Shown in pieces: positions 41,559 through 50,570 of a stretch of 64,000 bases of DNA. The notes under the pieces were generated by a model. That model made no database searches. It was not told where the DNA came from and saw only the letters and a list, made by a program, of their open reading frames with translations. A program made the translations under genes and the position numbers. The DNA is from a virus. Location: IMG/VR virus record IMGVR_UViG_3300042294_004068, positions 46,922 to 110,921 of that record; one strand, given 5' to 3'. Each line of letters begins with the position of its first letter. The first letter of the stretch is position 1.

Positions 41559-43886
41559 TTATCCCAGCCAGCCAGATCTATAGTAGACGCGAAGGCTAGC
41601 ATCTCCATTCACATCACCCGAGTCGGTAAACTCTATTTCATTATTTCCTGGTGCAAGCTCAATGAAATCAGCTAAAACATCAATTCTTCCTCTAGCACCG
41701 TCAACTTGACCGTTAAAGGCAACTTCTCTGTTTTTTGTATCAATTTCTAATACGTCGGCACTAAGAGTAGCTGTTGCATTGGCAATACCTGGAGTAAAGA
41801 TAACGTCATTCTTTTTAATAGCTTTTCCACTTGCCAGAGTTTTTGCAATAGTGTCAGAAACGCTTGCTGTTCCATTTGCCCCAGAAAATGGGAGGCTTCC
41901 AGAAACTGTTGCAATACCACTTGGCGTGACAGGAACAGCTGTAGCAATTCCAAGAAGCTCTATAAACACAGTTGTAACTTCGGTATTTGGGACATCTGTT
42001 CCAGAGATAACTAGAGTAAAGGAATTTGCAGTCAGAACAGAAGCAACTGACCTAACGCCAGCACCAAAAGGTGTTGTCCCAGAGAAAGTAAGTTCAGCTC
42101 CAGTGTATAGGCCATGAGCGTTTACTGTAGTCACTGTGACAATGTTTCCAGTTCGTGAGTAGGACTTCACCTTTCGTGAAGAAGGCTCGACGAAGCCAGC
42201 TGTTACAGAGGTAGGGATTAGATTTGCAACACTCTTTGAGTAAGCAAATGTTGTTGTACTAGGAACTGCTGTAATTGTAAATGTTCCGTCATAGCTTGGG
42301 TCCACCCCAGAAACTACAACTTTTTCACCGACAACATAGTTGTGAGGTGTGCCAGTAGTTAGAATGACAGTGTTTGACGATGCTGACCTAATAGAAATAG
42401 CTCTTTCATTTGAAGAAGATTTCTTAAATTTAAAGCTAGTAGGTGTTGGAATTTCTGTAATTGTGTATGTGCCATTGAAGTAAGCATCAACGTTTGTAAT
42501 AGAAACTAGTTCCCCAACAATAAATCCGTGAGCAGCGCTAGTTTCTAGGGTTGCTATGTTGAGAAGCAGCTGTTTACTTACAATTTCTTTAGCATTGGTA
42601 CGAGTTGCAGCATAGCTAAATGTATTAGAAGTTGTTGCAGTAATTGTGTACGAACCGTCAAAAGGAATACCTGTGTTTGTAACAGTTACAGTGTCTCCAA
42701 TAATAAATTGGTGCTCGTCTGCTGTAGTTAAAGTTGCAATATTAGAGACAACTACTTTTCCTGTTACTGATTTTGGGGGAACGCGAGTTCTTGCGTAAGT
42801 AAAAGTGTTGTCATTTGGAACACCAGTAATTTTATATGTTCCATCAAAAAGACTATCTACCCCAGCAATAGTTATAGAGTCATTAACTCCAAAACCATGT
42901 GCGTTCGCTGTTTCTAATCTAGCAACACTGTTCTGTAAAGCCTTCGTGACGACATCTGTGATAACTGCAGACTCTGTTTCAAAAGTGAAAGTGGTGTCTG
43001 TTGGAGTAGAAGTAATTAATTGCTGACCATCAAATGGGAATCCCACGTTTGAAATGTAAATCTCATCTCCAGCTTTAAAGTCATGCTTTGCTGTGGTTGT
43101 AAGAGTTGCCACATCAACAAGTCTTGTTGTATCAAAAACAAGCTGCTTGTTTACAATAGCTCGAACAATACTTCCCTTCAACGACTGAGTAACTAAGATG
43201 AGCTTGTCTGTAGTTCTGTTGTAGATAGAAGCAGGAGATATCAAGGGTCCTGTAATTTCTAATATACATGGGACTGGATAGTTTCCAATGTTTTGAACAG
43301 AACCAATTCCGCTATATCCCATTTCATTATTCTTTACAGGAATTTCACCAACGTTATATCCGTCAGGGCTTGCATCGTTCCAAGAGTACTTAATTGGGTC
43401 AGCAGCACGAAGACCAATTTCAAACTCTGTTCTTCCACGAGAGTTACGTGTCTCAATACGAACGTCACCGCTTAGACGAACCCAAGAAGCACGGATAGGG
43501 TCATTACCAGTCTTTAACCATGTTCCTTTATAAACTAAATCGCAAGCGGCAACTAACCTATCTCGAGCTGGTTCAACCTGAGAAGGATTCTGAGTCAGAT
43601 ATACACCTTTTAAAACTAGTTCTCGAGCGTTATAACGTCCTTGAACATCATAAGAACCGTCACCAAAACCTCGAGCAATATTAGGCATTTCTGCAGAAGG
43701 CATTGACCACCAGCCTTCAATATCAGTGACTACCCAAACAACGCCATCATCATCAATTGAGTTAAAAATAAAGTCACCAAGAATAATGTTGGCTTGAAGC
43801 TTTAATTTTTCAATGTAGTCAGGTTGTAATGGAGTAAGTCCACGATCTACATAAAAATTTTCTTGCCCTTGTGTGTAAGCAGACAT
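41559..43886 (-). CDS. Distal tail protein (Dit) with six inserted HG modules
   Basis: Directly after tape measure; IEGW...R..GDG...R.L.L.G, L.AADP.KY, N.GN...P...ITGP, C-terminal LAPG.NEI.F...YRSGW. Confidence 0.8.
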   Translation of the reverse strand: MSAYTQGQENFYVDRGLTPLQPDYIEKLKLQANIILGDFIFNSIDDDGVVWVVTDIEGWWSMPSAEMPNIARGFGDGSYDVQGRYNARELVLKGVYLTQNPSQVEPARDRLVAACDLVYKGTWLKTGNDPIRASWVRLSGDVRIETRNSRGRTEFEIGLRAADPIKYSWNDASPDGYNVGEIPVKNNEMGYSGIGSVQNIGNYPVPCILEITGPLISPASIYNRTTDKLILVTQSLKGSIVRAIVNKQLVFDTTRLVDVATLTTTAKHDFKAGDEIYISNVGFPFDGQQLITSTPTDTTFTFETESAVITDVVTKALQNSVARLETANAHGFGVNDSITIAGVDSLFDGTYKITGVPNDNTFTYARTRVPPKSVTGKVVVSNIATLTTADEHQFIIGDTVTVTNTGIPFDGSYTITATTSNTFSYAATRTNAKEIVSKQLLLNIATLETSAAHGFIVGELVSITNVDAYFNGTYTITEIPTPTSFKFKKSSSNERAISIRSASSNTVILTTGTPHNYVVGEKVVVSGVDPSYDGTFTITAVPSTTTFAYSKSVANLIPTSVTAGFVEPSSRKVKSYSRTGNIVTVTTVNAHGLYTGAELTFSGTTPFGAGVRSVASVLTANSFTLVISGTDVPNTEVTTVFIELLGIATAVPVTPSGIATVSGSLPFSGANGTASVSDTIAKTLASGKAIKKNDVIFTPGIANATATLSADVLEIDTKNREVAFNGQVDGARGRIDVLADFIELAPGNNEIEFTDSGDVNGDASLRVYYRSGWLG

Positions 43887-43887
43887 T

Positions 43888-46800
43888 TTATGCAGCTCCC
43901 CTTCTCATTTGATAAGCAAGCTGACGTGAGACAAGATTTGCAAGTTCACGTTCATCCATACCAGCGGATGGGTAAACATTTACAGTTACTCCCTTACCAA
44001 CCCCTCCACTTAAGAAGGAAATCATTGCCTTATCACGTTTTGACAATCCATCTGGGTCAAGAGGTTCAACACGCTCTGGGCGACCTGCTTCAGCAAGCTG
44101 TGCAAGAACACCGCCTTGTGTCGCAGGAATAATTCCACCTTGAGCAAGTTGAGGAATTCTGATGTCTACCTTAGGAACTTGGAAACTTCCAACTTTAAAT
44201 CCACCAAGGGTGAAACCCTTTCCAGCAATGTTGCTGTTCCACCAAGACTTTGCTGAAGTCCATGCAGCTTCTAGTCCACTCTTTAAGAATCCAAAAATGT
44301 TTCCTGCACTATCAGTAAATTTCTTTGGAAGACCTCTTAAGAATGCTGGTATGTCTTTTGTAAAGAAATCAGTTACAGCAGTCCATGCTGTTTTCACTCC
44401 ACCACTCATGAAGTCCCAAAGCTTGCCAGCTCCGTCGATGAATCTCTTAGGAATTCCAGTAATAAATGGGAGTATAGTTTTTGCAAAGAAATCACTAATT
44501 CCAGTAAATGCCTTACCAAGAAGATCAATAATCCATCCCCAGAATCCAGCTACAAGAGTTATATATCTCTTAGGAATTCCTAATAAGAATGGAACAAGAG
44601 TGTTTGCAAACCAGTTACCAATATTGGTAAAGAGTGTTCCAAGAAGGTCAAAAATCCAACCCCAGAATCCAGCTACAAGTTTGATGTATCGTCCTGGCAG
44701 GGAAACTAGGAATGGAACTAAAGTATCCATAAACCAACTGCCAATTTTTGTAAATAAATTACCTAATAAATCAAAAATCCAAAGCCAAAAACCAGCTACA
44801 AGTTTGATGTATCGTCCTGGAAGACTGATTAAGAATGGAACCAAAGTCTCTGTAAACCATGCAGAAATTTTTGTAAATAATTCACTAAACCACGTTCCTA
44901 ATTTTGAGCCAAACTCTTGGAAGAATCTAAGAACCTTTGGACCAAAGTCTTTAAAGAATGCAACAATCTTGTCCCAGTTTGAGATAATAAGAGGAACAAT
45001 AAGTAAAAGTAGTCCAATAGGACCTCCAAGTAAGCGTAGAGCGCCTCCAGCCAAACGAGCAGCACCTGCTACACCTCGAAGAGCTCCTGCCTTAATTCGA
45101 GCAGCAACTGTTGATTTTTGCATGCCAGTTCTAGCACCAGCAGAAGCTGTTCCAACAGTAGTTAAGCTAGTTGCTGCTTGCTTTCCAGAGATATAAATTC
45201 CCTGCATAGCAGCTTTCTTTTGCTTATCAATAACCATCTGCTTTTGAAGCTCGGTACGTGTTAGTCCAGAGCCTTGTCTAAGTTTTCCAAATGGGTCTTT
45301 GATAAAGTTCTTTAGATTAGTAAAGGATTTTTGAACATTAAGAATTGCTCCAATAAATCCTTTAAATACAAACCTTGCTGCCCCACCTACTAAAGCAAAA
45401 GCTCGATAAACAGCAAAAATACCACCAACAAAAGCAAGAACCTTCTGAGCAATATCACTGCCAAATATTTTTGTAATAACTTCAAAGATTGAACTTAAAG
45501 TTTTAAAGAATGTTGTAATAGCTCCACTTTCAGTGAATACTTTTACTAACTTAGCAAAGTTAACTACAACATCTCCAAGTGCTGGTAAAGCTCCACTTAG
45601 CTCTTCTCCAACTGAACCAAAAATATCTACAGCTTCGTTTAGTTTGTCAACAAAAACACCAAACTGTGGAGTAGCACCAATTTTTGCTGCTTCTCCAATA
45701 ATGTTTCCAATAAGGTCAAGAAGCTTTGTAAAGTTAGTTGTTAGACCATTTAAGAAAGTAGTTAGCTTCTCATTATCAGCACCACCCTGAGTGAAGTCCT
45801 TCCACTTTTGGAATGTGGTATCTAGATACTTGACAAAGATATCTGCAGCACCGCCAGGAGCAATAACGTTGTCAATGATGTCGCCTAAAGAGCCAAAGCC
45901 CTTCTTAAAAGCTGCCCCAAGACCACTCGAGATGCGATTAATGTTCTCAAAGAATTCAGTAAGCTCACCTGTGGCTTGCTTGGCCTTCATGGTCTTGTCG
46001 AAAGTTTCTCCAAGACGTTGAATCCATAAACCAAACTTATCAATAAGTGGCTCAGCAGCAGCTACTAGTGCAAGAAGACCTCCATAGAATCCGTTTGCAC
46101 CCTTACCAACTCTTCTTAGAAGAGTGTCGTTATTCTTCCAAACAGTTTCAAGATTCTTAAGATTTGTGCCCTCAGTAATTGTGTTTGAAAAGTCAATAGC
46201 AATATCGCCAAGCACTCCTCCAGTTCCCTGAAGTAGAGGAATTAGTTTTGGAAATAGGTTATCTACAAGATTTTGTATCGCTGTCTCAAGTTTTGGAAAT
46301 AGTTCTTTTCCAGCGGCGGCTCTTAGCTTTTTAAACTCGCCTTGAATACTTAATAAGTACTTAACAAACCTCTGAGCTTCTGGTGACAAATCAGAGAGAG
46401 CGTCATTAAAAGCGTCAACTCCAGGACCCTTTTCAGCATCTGCTAAATCCTTACGAGCGTCAGAAACATCCCGCACAGCAGATGCAATTTGACGATTAAT
46501 GTCACGTATGGCTTTGCTCTTGGCTGGATCATTGGTTGCTTCATTTTTTGCATTTTCTGCAGCTTTTTCTGCATCTGCTACAGCTTTTATAGATTTTGCA
46601 TAATCAATAGCAGAATCTGCTGCTGCTTCTCTAGCATTTCTTTGAGCAATAACAGCATCTTTTACTTCTTGTGAACCTTCAACGCCCGCTGCAGTAGCAG
46701 CCTTTTCTTCCTTCTTTAGGTCCTTGTTTCTATCGATAGCCTTACGAAGGTTGAGGTCTGCCTCAGCAAAAGCAAGCTCTGCTTCTTGACGAGCACGAGA

Positions 46801-47634
46801 GTTTGGTGGAAGGTCTTGAACACGCTGCAATGCATCACGAGCTTTAATAAACTCAAGGCGTGCCTTCTTTTCAGAAATTGCAGCACCCTCAGTTTCAAAG
46901 CGAAGTTGCTGCAGTTTCTCTTTTGCATCTTCTCTAGCTTTGTTGAGCTGCTCTGTTGCTTTATTACTTGCTTCAAGTGAATCTCTATAGGCTCTTTCAG
47001 AACGCGAAGCAGAAATCTTTGCGTTAGCAAGGTCTTCCTCTGCCTCAACTTGCCGCTGTGTTAGTCGAGCAAGGAGTTCTGGTTTTGCCTCATCTTGAAG
47101 ACGCTTTAACTTTAATTGAGCATCAGCTAAACGACGTTTTGCTGCTGCAATTGCTTTATCATTAGAAGCAGAAGCTTTTTGAGTCTTTAAACCAGCAGAC
47201 AATGCTTTAGAGACACCAGCAAAAGCTAATTTAGCTGTTAGAGCTGCTTGACCTAAGGCTCCTAAAGTAGAAGCAACTGCTACTAAACCACCTGCTGCAA
47301 CTGCAGAAGCAGTCGCTCCAAGAGTTAGAAGTCCTCCACCAAGGGCACCAACAGCACCAACAAGTCCAGTAATAGCTGGACCTAAGAAATAACCTGTAGT
47401 GATAAGTCTTTGTAGACCTAAACGAGCATCTTCTGCTTCTCGTCTAAATTTTGCACTAAAAAGACCGCCTCTATCTCGGTCACCGCTGGCTAATCCTCTT
47501 GAAAAAGAGTCAGAAATATTACGACCAGCGTCCTCACCAATTCCATCAAGACCCTCAAAAGCTCTTTGGATATCAGGACGAACGCGGTTGGTAATAGCAC
47601 GGACAATGACGTGTGCTTCACCTACTACTGCCAT
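43888..47634 (-). CDS. Tape measure protein
   Basis: 1248 aa, Ala/Gly-rich helical, Trp/Phe-periodic repeats, C-terminal IPQLAQGG...AEAGRPE; follows chaperone genes. Confidence 0.92.
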   Translation of the reverse strand: MAVVGEAHVIVRAITNRVRPDIQRAFEGLDGIGEDAGRNISDSFSRGLASGDRDRGGLFSAKFRREAEDARLGLQRLITTGYFLGPAITGLVGAVGALGGGLLTLGATASAVAAGGLVAVASTLGALGQAALTAKLAFAGVSKALSAGLKTQKASASNDKAIAAAKRRLADAQLKLKRLQDEAKPELLARLTQRQVEAEEDLANAKISASRSERAYRDSLEASNKATEQLNKAREDAKEKLQQLRFETEGAAISEKKARLEFIKARDALQRVQDLPPNSRARQEAELAFAEADLNLRKAIDRNKDLKKEEKAATAAGVEGSQEVKDAVIAQRNAREAAADSAIDYAKSIKAVADAEKAAENAKNEATNDPAKSKAIRDINRQIASAVRDVSDARKDLADAEKGPGVDAFNDALSDLSPEAQRFVKYLLSIQGEFKKLRAAAGKELFPKLETAIQNLVDNLFPKLIPLLQGTGGVLGDIAIDFSNTITEGTNLKNLETVWKNNDTLLRRVGKGANGFYGGLLALVAAAEPLIDKFGLWIQRLGETFDKTMKAKQATGELTEFFENINRISSGLGAAFKKGFGSLGDIIDNVIAPGGAADIFVKYLDTTFQKWKDFTQGGADNEKLTTFLNGLTTNFTKLLDLIGNIIGEAAKIGATPQFGVFVDKLNEAVDIFGSVGEELSGALPALGDVVVNFAKLVKVFTESGAITTFFKTLSSIFEVITKIFGSDIAQKVLAFVGGIFAVYRAFALVGGAARFVFKGFIGAILNVQKSFTNLKNFIKDPFGKLRQGSGLTRTELQKQMVIDKQKKAAMQGIYISGKQAATSLTTVGTASAGARTGMQKSTVAARIKAGALRGVAGAARLAGGALRLLGGPIGLLLLIVPLIISNWDKIVAFFKDFGPKVLRFFQEFGSKLGTWFSELFTKISAWFTETLVPFLISLPGRYIKLVAGFWLWIFDLLGNLFTKIGSWFMDTLVPFLVSLPGRYIKLVAGFWGWIFDLLGTLFTNIGNWFANTLVPFLLGIPKRYITLVAGFWGWIIDLLGKAFTGISDFFAKTILPFITGIPKRFIDGAGKLWDFMSGGVKTAWTAVTDFFTKDIPAFLRGLPKKFTDSAGNIFGFLKSGLEAAWTSAKSWWNSNIAGKGFTLGGFKVGSFQVPKVDIRIPQLAQGGIIPATQGGVLAQLAEAGRPERVEPLDPDGLSKRDKAMISFLSGGVGKGVTVNVYPSAGMDERELANLVSRQLAYQMRRGAA
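44546..44820 (-). repeat. 123 bp (41 aa) tandem repeats in tape measure
   Basis: ccagctacaag recurs at 44546, 44669 and 44792; protein LVPFL..(L/I)P.RYI.LVAGFW.WI.DLLG. Confidence 0.8.
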
Positions 47635-47656
47635 GTGCTATCACCTCCTATTTCGA

Positions 47657-48066
47657 TTAGCCGAGCGGTGCGTCAAGAGTTCTGCCAAAAGGGCTTGGTG
47701 CATCAGCATCAAACTCTGTTGGCGGTACATATGGTTTTGTTACGTTATTTGATGGATCAAATGGAACTAGATCATCAAAAGAAGACGAGCTAGATGCAGT
47801 TTCTGATTTCATTCCTGTATCAACTCTGTACTTGTAAGTCGTGCCATACAACGTTCTGTAGATCACTGAACGAGACTCTGACTTTGCTGCTACCTGTTCT
47901 TGAGAGACGATATTTAAATCATCTTCAAAATAGTAGTGAAGGACGTCGACCATATCAGCCGCATCCATTTCAACTAGTTTCAGCCCGCTCACAAGTGCCT
48001 TCCCATTAACGTAGGGCCAGAGATCTACTGCCCACTCGATGAAGGCTCTGGCTGCTGCGTAGGGCG
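47657..48066 (-). CDS. Tail assembly chaperone, frameshift-extended part (GT-like)
   Basis: In -1 frame overlapping the 3' end of the 48025-48372 ORF, immediately before tape measure. Confidence 0.7.
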
Positions 48067-48372
48067 GCTTGAATACTCCTCTACAAGCCACGCAGTGATT
48101 TCACCAAGAGTATCGACTGTAACGATTTTGTCTGGGTCATTAAGAAGTGCGTTGAACTTGTCCAAGCTCTCTGGAAGAAGGGTCTTCTCAAAGAAGTCGT
48201 TGATGGTACGTGCTACCGCTGCACCATCAGATTCGTCTGCACCTGCCACGATGTTGAGAAGTACCTTGCCTTGAATTGCTGGACGGCATTGGAACTCTTC
48301 ACCGTGAATCTTGAACGAAAGTGGAGACTGGTCTACGACCGTTCCACCGAAGTCCTTGAATCGGTTTGTCAT
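48025..48372 (-). CDS. Tail assembly chaperone (G-like)
   Basis: AAAGGA RBS; position; ends WLVEEYSSRPTQQPEPSS. Confidence 0.8.
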   Translation of the reverse strand: MTNRFKDFGGTVVDQSPLSFKIHGEEFQCRPAIQGKVLLNIVAGADESDGAAVARTINDFFEKTLLPESLDKFNALLNDPDKIVTVDTLGEITAWLVEEYSSRPTQQPEPSSSGQ

Positions 48373-48396
48373 CTTGTTTCCTTTGTTTGTGTCGTT

Positions 48397-48431
48397 GTCT
48401 ACTACGTGTGTAGCAGACGTTCTATTTTACC
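48397..48431 (-). promoter_or_regulatory. Internal promoter (GGTAAAAT) plus 5' hairpin before chaperone gene
   Basis: TAAAAT at 48429-48424 overlapping the upstream stop; GTCTGCTAC-ACAC-GTAGTAGAC hairpin at 48418-48397. Confidence 0.45.
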
Positions 48432-48813
48432 CTGCCAACCTAAGGTTATCGGTGAGATAACGGTTAGGTTTTGTACCTGGATGTTTTACAACATGGGCAA
48501 AAATAATCTGTCCCTTTGTTTGGAACTTCAACGTATGCTTACGATTTGGCTTAATGATGTGCGGAATAGAACCGTCATGGTGTAGGCGTGCGTAATTCAG
48601 ATTTGAACCAACTCGGACATACTGACCTCTAGTGTCACTAAAATGACGCATATGCAAAGAAGCACGAAGTGCTCCAGTTCTTACTCCTACCTGAGCCTTA
48701 GCACCTGTTAAAACTCTTATACCGCGCTGTCTGAGGTCTTTACCTACAGGACCATTCGGGCTCCTTAGCAAGTACTCCATACCTGCTCTATTTTCAATAA
48801 AAATTACAGGCAT
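48427..48813 (-). CDS. HK97 gp10-like neck / tail completion protein
   Basis: VRTGALRAS, VGSN..YA..HHDG, V.HPGTKPNRYL. Confidence 0.75.
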   Translation of the reverse strand: MPVIFIENRAGMEYLLRSPNGPVGKDLRQRGIRVLTGAKAQVGVRTGALRASLHMRHFSDTRGQYVRVGSNLNYARLHHDGSIPHIIKPNRKHTLKFQTKGQIIFAHVVKHPGTKPNRYLTDNLRLAG

Positions 48814-48814
48814 T

Positions 48815-49321
48815 TTATGGAACCGCCATTGTGATTGTCATACGAGTTGTTTGAAATCCGCCCTCAGGAGGAGCAGAGTCAACAGTTGCAATTACTCCAA
48901 GACCGTAAGGTCCATTGGTTGCCCATGAGTCAAATTGATTAATGCTTTCCATCAAAATCCAAGCATCATAAGCTGCAACCACAGCGGCAGCCTGAATATC
49001 ATCTGCTAGTGGTGGTTGTCCATTATTCTGCAGAATTGGAACAGAGCGAGATACAGAAATATTAAGAGTGACACTTCGTGGGTCATTACAACGGCGAGGC
49101 TCAGTTGCTTCATCGCCTGGAGTTCCTACATACATTTGAATCATAGAAACAACGAGCTGTTCGCAATCTACAGCTGGTGTTGCAATATTCCAGTAGCGTC
49201 GTGCTGGCAAAGGCATACTGTATGAGTTATAAACAGTGATAACTCTGTCTAAGACATCTTGCATTAAGTTCGCAAGATTTTTTGCGTCATCTGACACATT
49301 TATTACACTTGGAAGTGTCAT
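48815..49321 (-). CDS. Tail terminator-like protein
   Basis: Synteny between adaptor and neck gene; DCEQL, P.GG motif. Confidence 0.55.
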   Translation of the reverse strand: MTLPSVINVSDDAKNLANLMQDVLDRVITVYNSYSMPLPARRYWNIATPAVDCEQLVVSMIQMYVGTPGDEATEPRRCNDPRSVTLNISVSRSVPILQNNGQPPLADDIQAAAVVAAYDAWILMESINQFDSWATNGPYGLGVIATVDSAPPEGGFQTTRMTITMAVP

Positions 49322-49336
49322 CGTCTATCTCCGTCT

Positions 49337-50476
49337 CTAAGGTAGAACTATTGGGTTTACAGGGTTCCCTAGTTGATAAATAACGTTGCTAGTTAGCAAG
49401 TTAATCACTTCATCTACTTCAGGATTGCCCAAACTTGGACGTGTTGCGTACAAATCTAGAATTCCTGGGTCACGAGTGCCCAAAATAGGCAAAAGCTGTG
49501 AATAGGTAAGGCTAAGACGAATTGTTCCTTCTATTCTATCCAAAACAGCAGCAGACTCAAAAGTTGTGCTTGTTGTGTTGGTGTAGTTGGATACAGTTGT
49601 AGATATCGCCCACTCTTGATCTTCTGTTAAGAAGTCTGCGTTTAGCTCGTCTAAATAATAGACAACTGTTCCGCCTTCTTGGTTGAAATACAAGTCATAC
49701 GCAGAAAGCTCAAATGCTGGTGCCTGACCAATAATGCGGCGAGCGCGAGGTGTATCTGGTGAGAATACACGAGAACGAGCACGAGCCTTATCTGGGTTTA
49801 CTGTTTTTAAAAACAAGTCAATTGCATAAACACCAGTGCGCAAATCATCAATAAAATCTTGAGAATCTAAAACTGTGTAAGTAACGCCTTGGCGAGATAC
49901 AGAAGTAACTCTTTGAGGAAGGGCACAGGTGTCGTCGCCTTCATAAAGCTTTACAAGTTCAATAGCCAACATTCTGGCTGCAGCTTTGCCAGCTACTGGA
50001 GGAGGAGTTCCGTAGGTGTATGTGACCTCAACGTTGGAAGGTGTCCAAGTAGCATTTGGAGTTCCGTAAATGGTCGAGTGGTCAGCTAAATAATAAGTGT
50101 TAGGGTCGACAATATCGCCATCGCCAGTGCGAAGAGCGTGTACGCGAACTACTTTACGACCACGAAGTCTTACACGACTGTAAGAAGAAGTTCCATCACC
50201 TTGATAATCGTGATGTGAATCAAAACCAAAACCACCTTGTGGAAGGTTTTCTACCTGACCATTAATAAGGGTAGGAGAATAAGAAAGGCGAGAAGCACCA
50301 GCACGAAGATACGGGTCATAAACTGAAACATAACGCTCCGTTACTGTTGTGCTTCCAGAAAATTTACGGCCTGACATGGCCCAAAGCATGTAAGAAGCGG
50401 TTTTAACGGCATCGTAGGCATAGTCAGAGTCGGCATAGATACCTAACTCATCTGTTTCAACCCAAAGATTGCTCAT
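49337..50476 (-). CDS. Head-to-tail adaptor
   Basis: AS..LWA.SGR.F, VTY.YG..PP, LA.EL, C.LP.RVTSVSRQGV, TG...IDL....NP. Confidence 0.75.
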   Translation of the reverse strand: MSNLWVETDELGIYADSDYAYDAVKTASYMLWAMSGRKFSGSTTVTERYVSVYDPYLRAGASRLSYSPTLINGQVENLPQGGFGFDSHHDYQGDGTSSYSRVRLRGRKVVRVHALRTGDGDIVDPNTYYLADHSTIYGTPNATWTPSNVEVTYTYGTPPPVAGKAAARMLAIELVKLYEGDDTCALPQRVTSVSRQGVTYTVLDSQDFIDDLRTGVYAIDLFLKTVNPDKARARSRVFSPDTPRARRIIGQAPAFELSAYDLYFNQEGGTVVYYLDELNADFLTEDQEWAISTTVSNYTNTTSTTFESAAVLDRIEGTIRLSLTYSQLLPILGTRDPGILDLYATRPSLGNPEVDEVINLLTSNVIYQLGNPVNPIVLP

Positions 50477-50504
50477 TTCGTCCCTTTCTTCTCCAGATGT
50501 GAAT

Positions 50505-50556
50505 AGGGGCGGACAGGGAACCGAGTGTTAGACACAAACGGCATCTGCCCGCCCCT
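50505..50556 (-). terminator. Long GC-rich hairpin after major tail gene
   Basis: AGGGGCGGGCAG...CTGTCCGCCCCT 12 bp stem (one G.U on - strand), internal loop, CCG/CGG, inner GTGT/ACAC; preceded by four in-frame stops TAA TAA TAG TAG. Confidence 0.6.
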
Positions 50557-50570
50557 TTATCCTACTATTA

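Noticed and set aside
44162-45196. 344 aa + strand ORF
   Set aside because: Antisense shadow of the tape measure repeats; no independent signals.
48067-48091. Independent start for the 47657 ORF at 48091
   Set aside because: No RBS before it; position fits the conserved chaperone frameshift better.
50505-50556. Cobalamin-riboswitch-like words on + strand (AGGGAA-CCG...CGG...CTGCCCGC)
   Set aside because: Antisense to all neighbouring genes, too short, lacks a B12 box, and the stem has an A-C mismatch on + but G.U on -, favouring a - strand hairpin.
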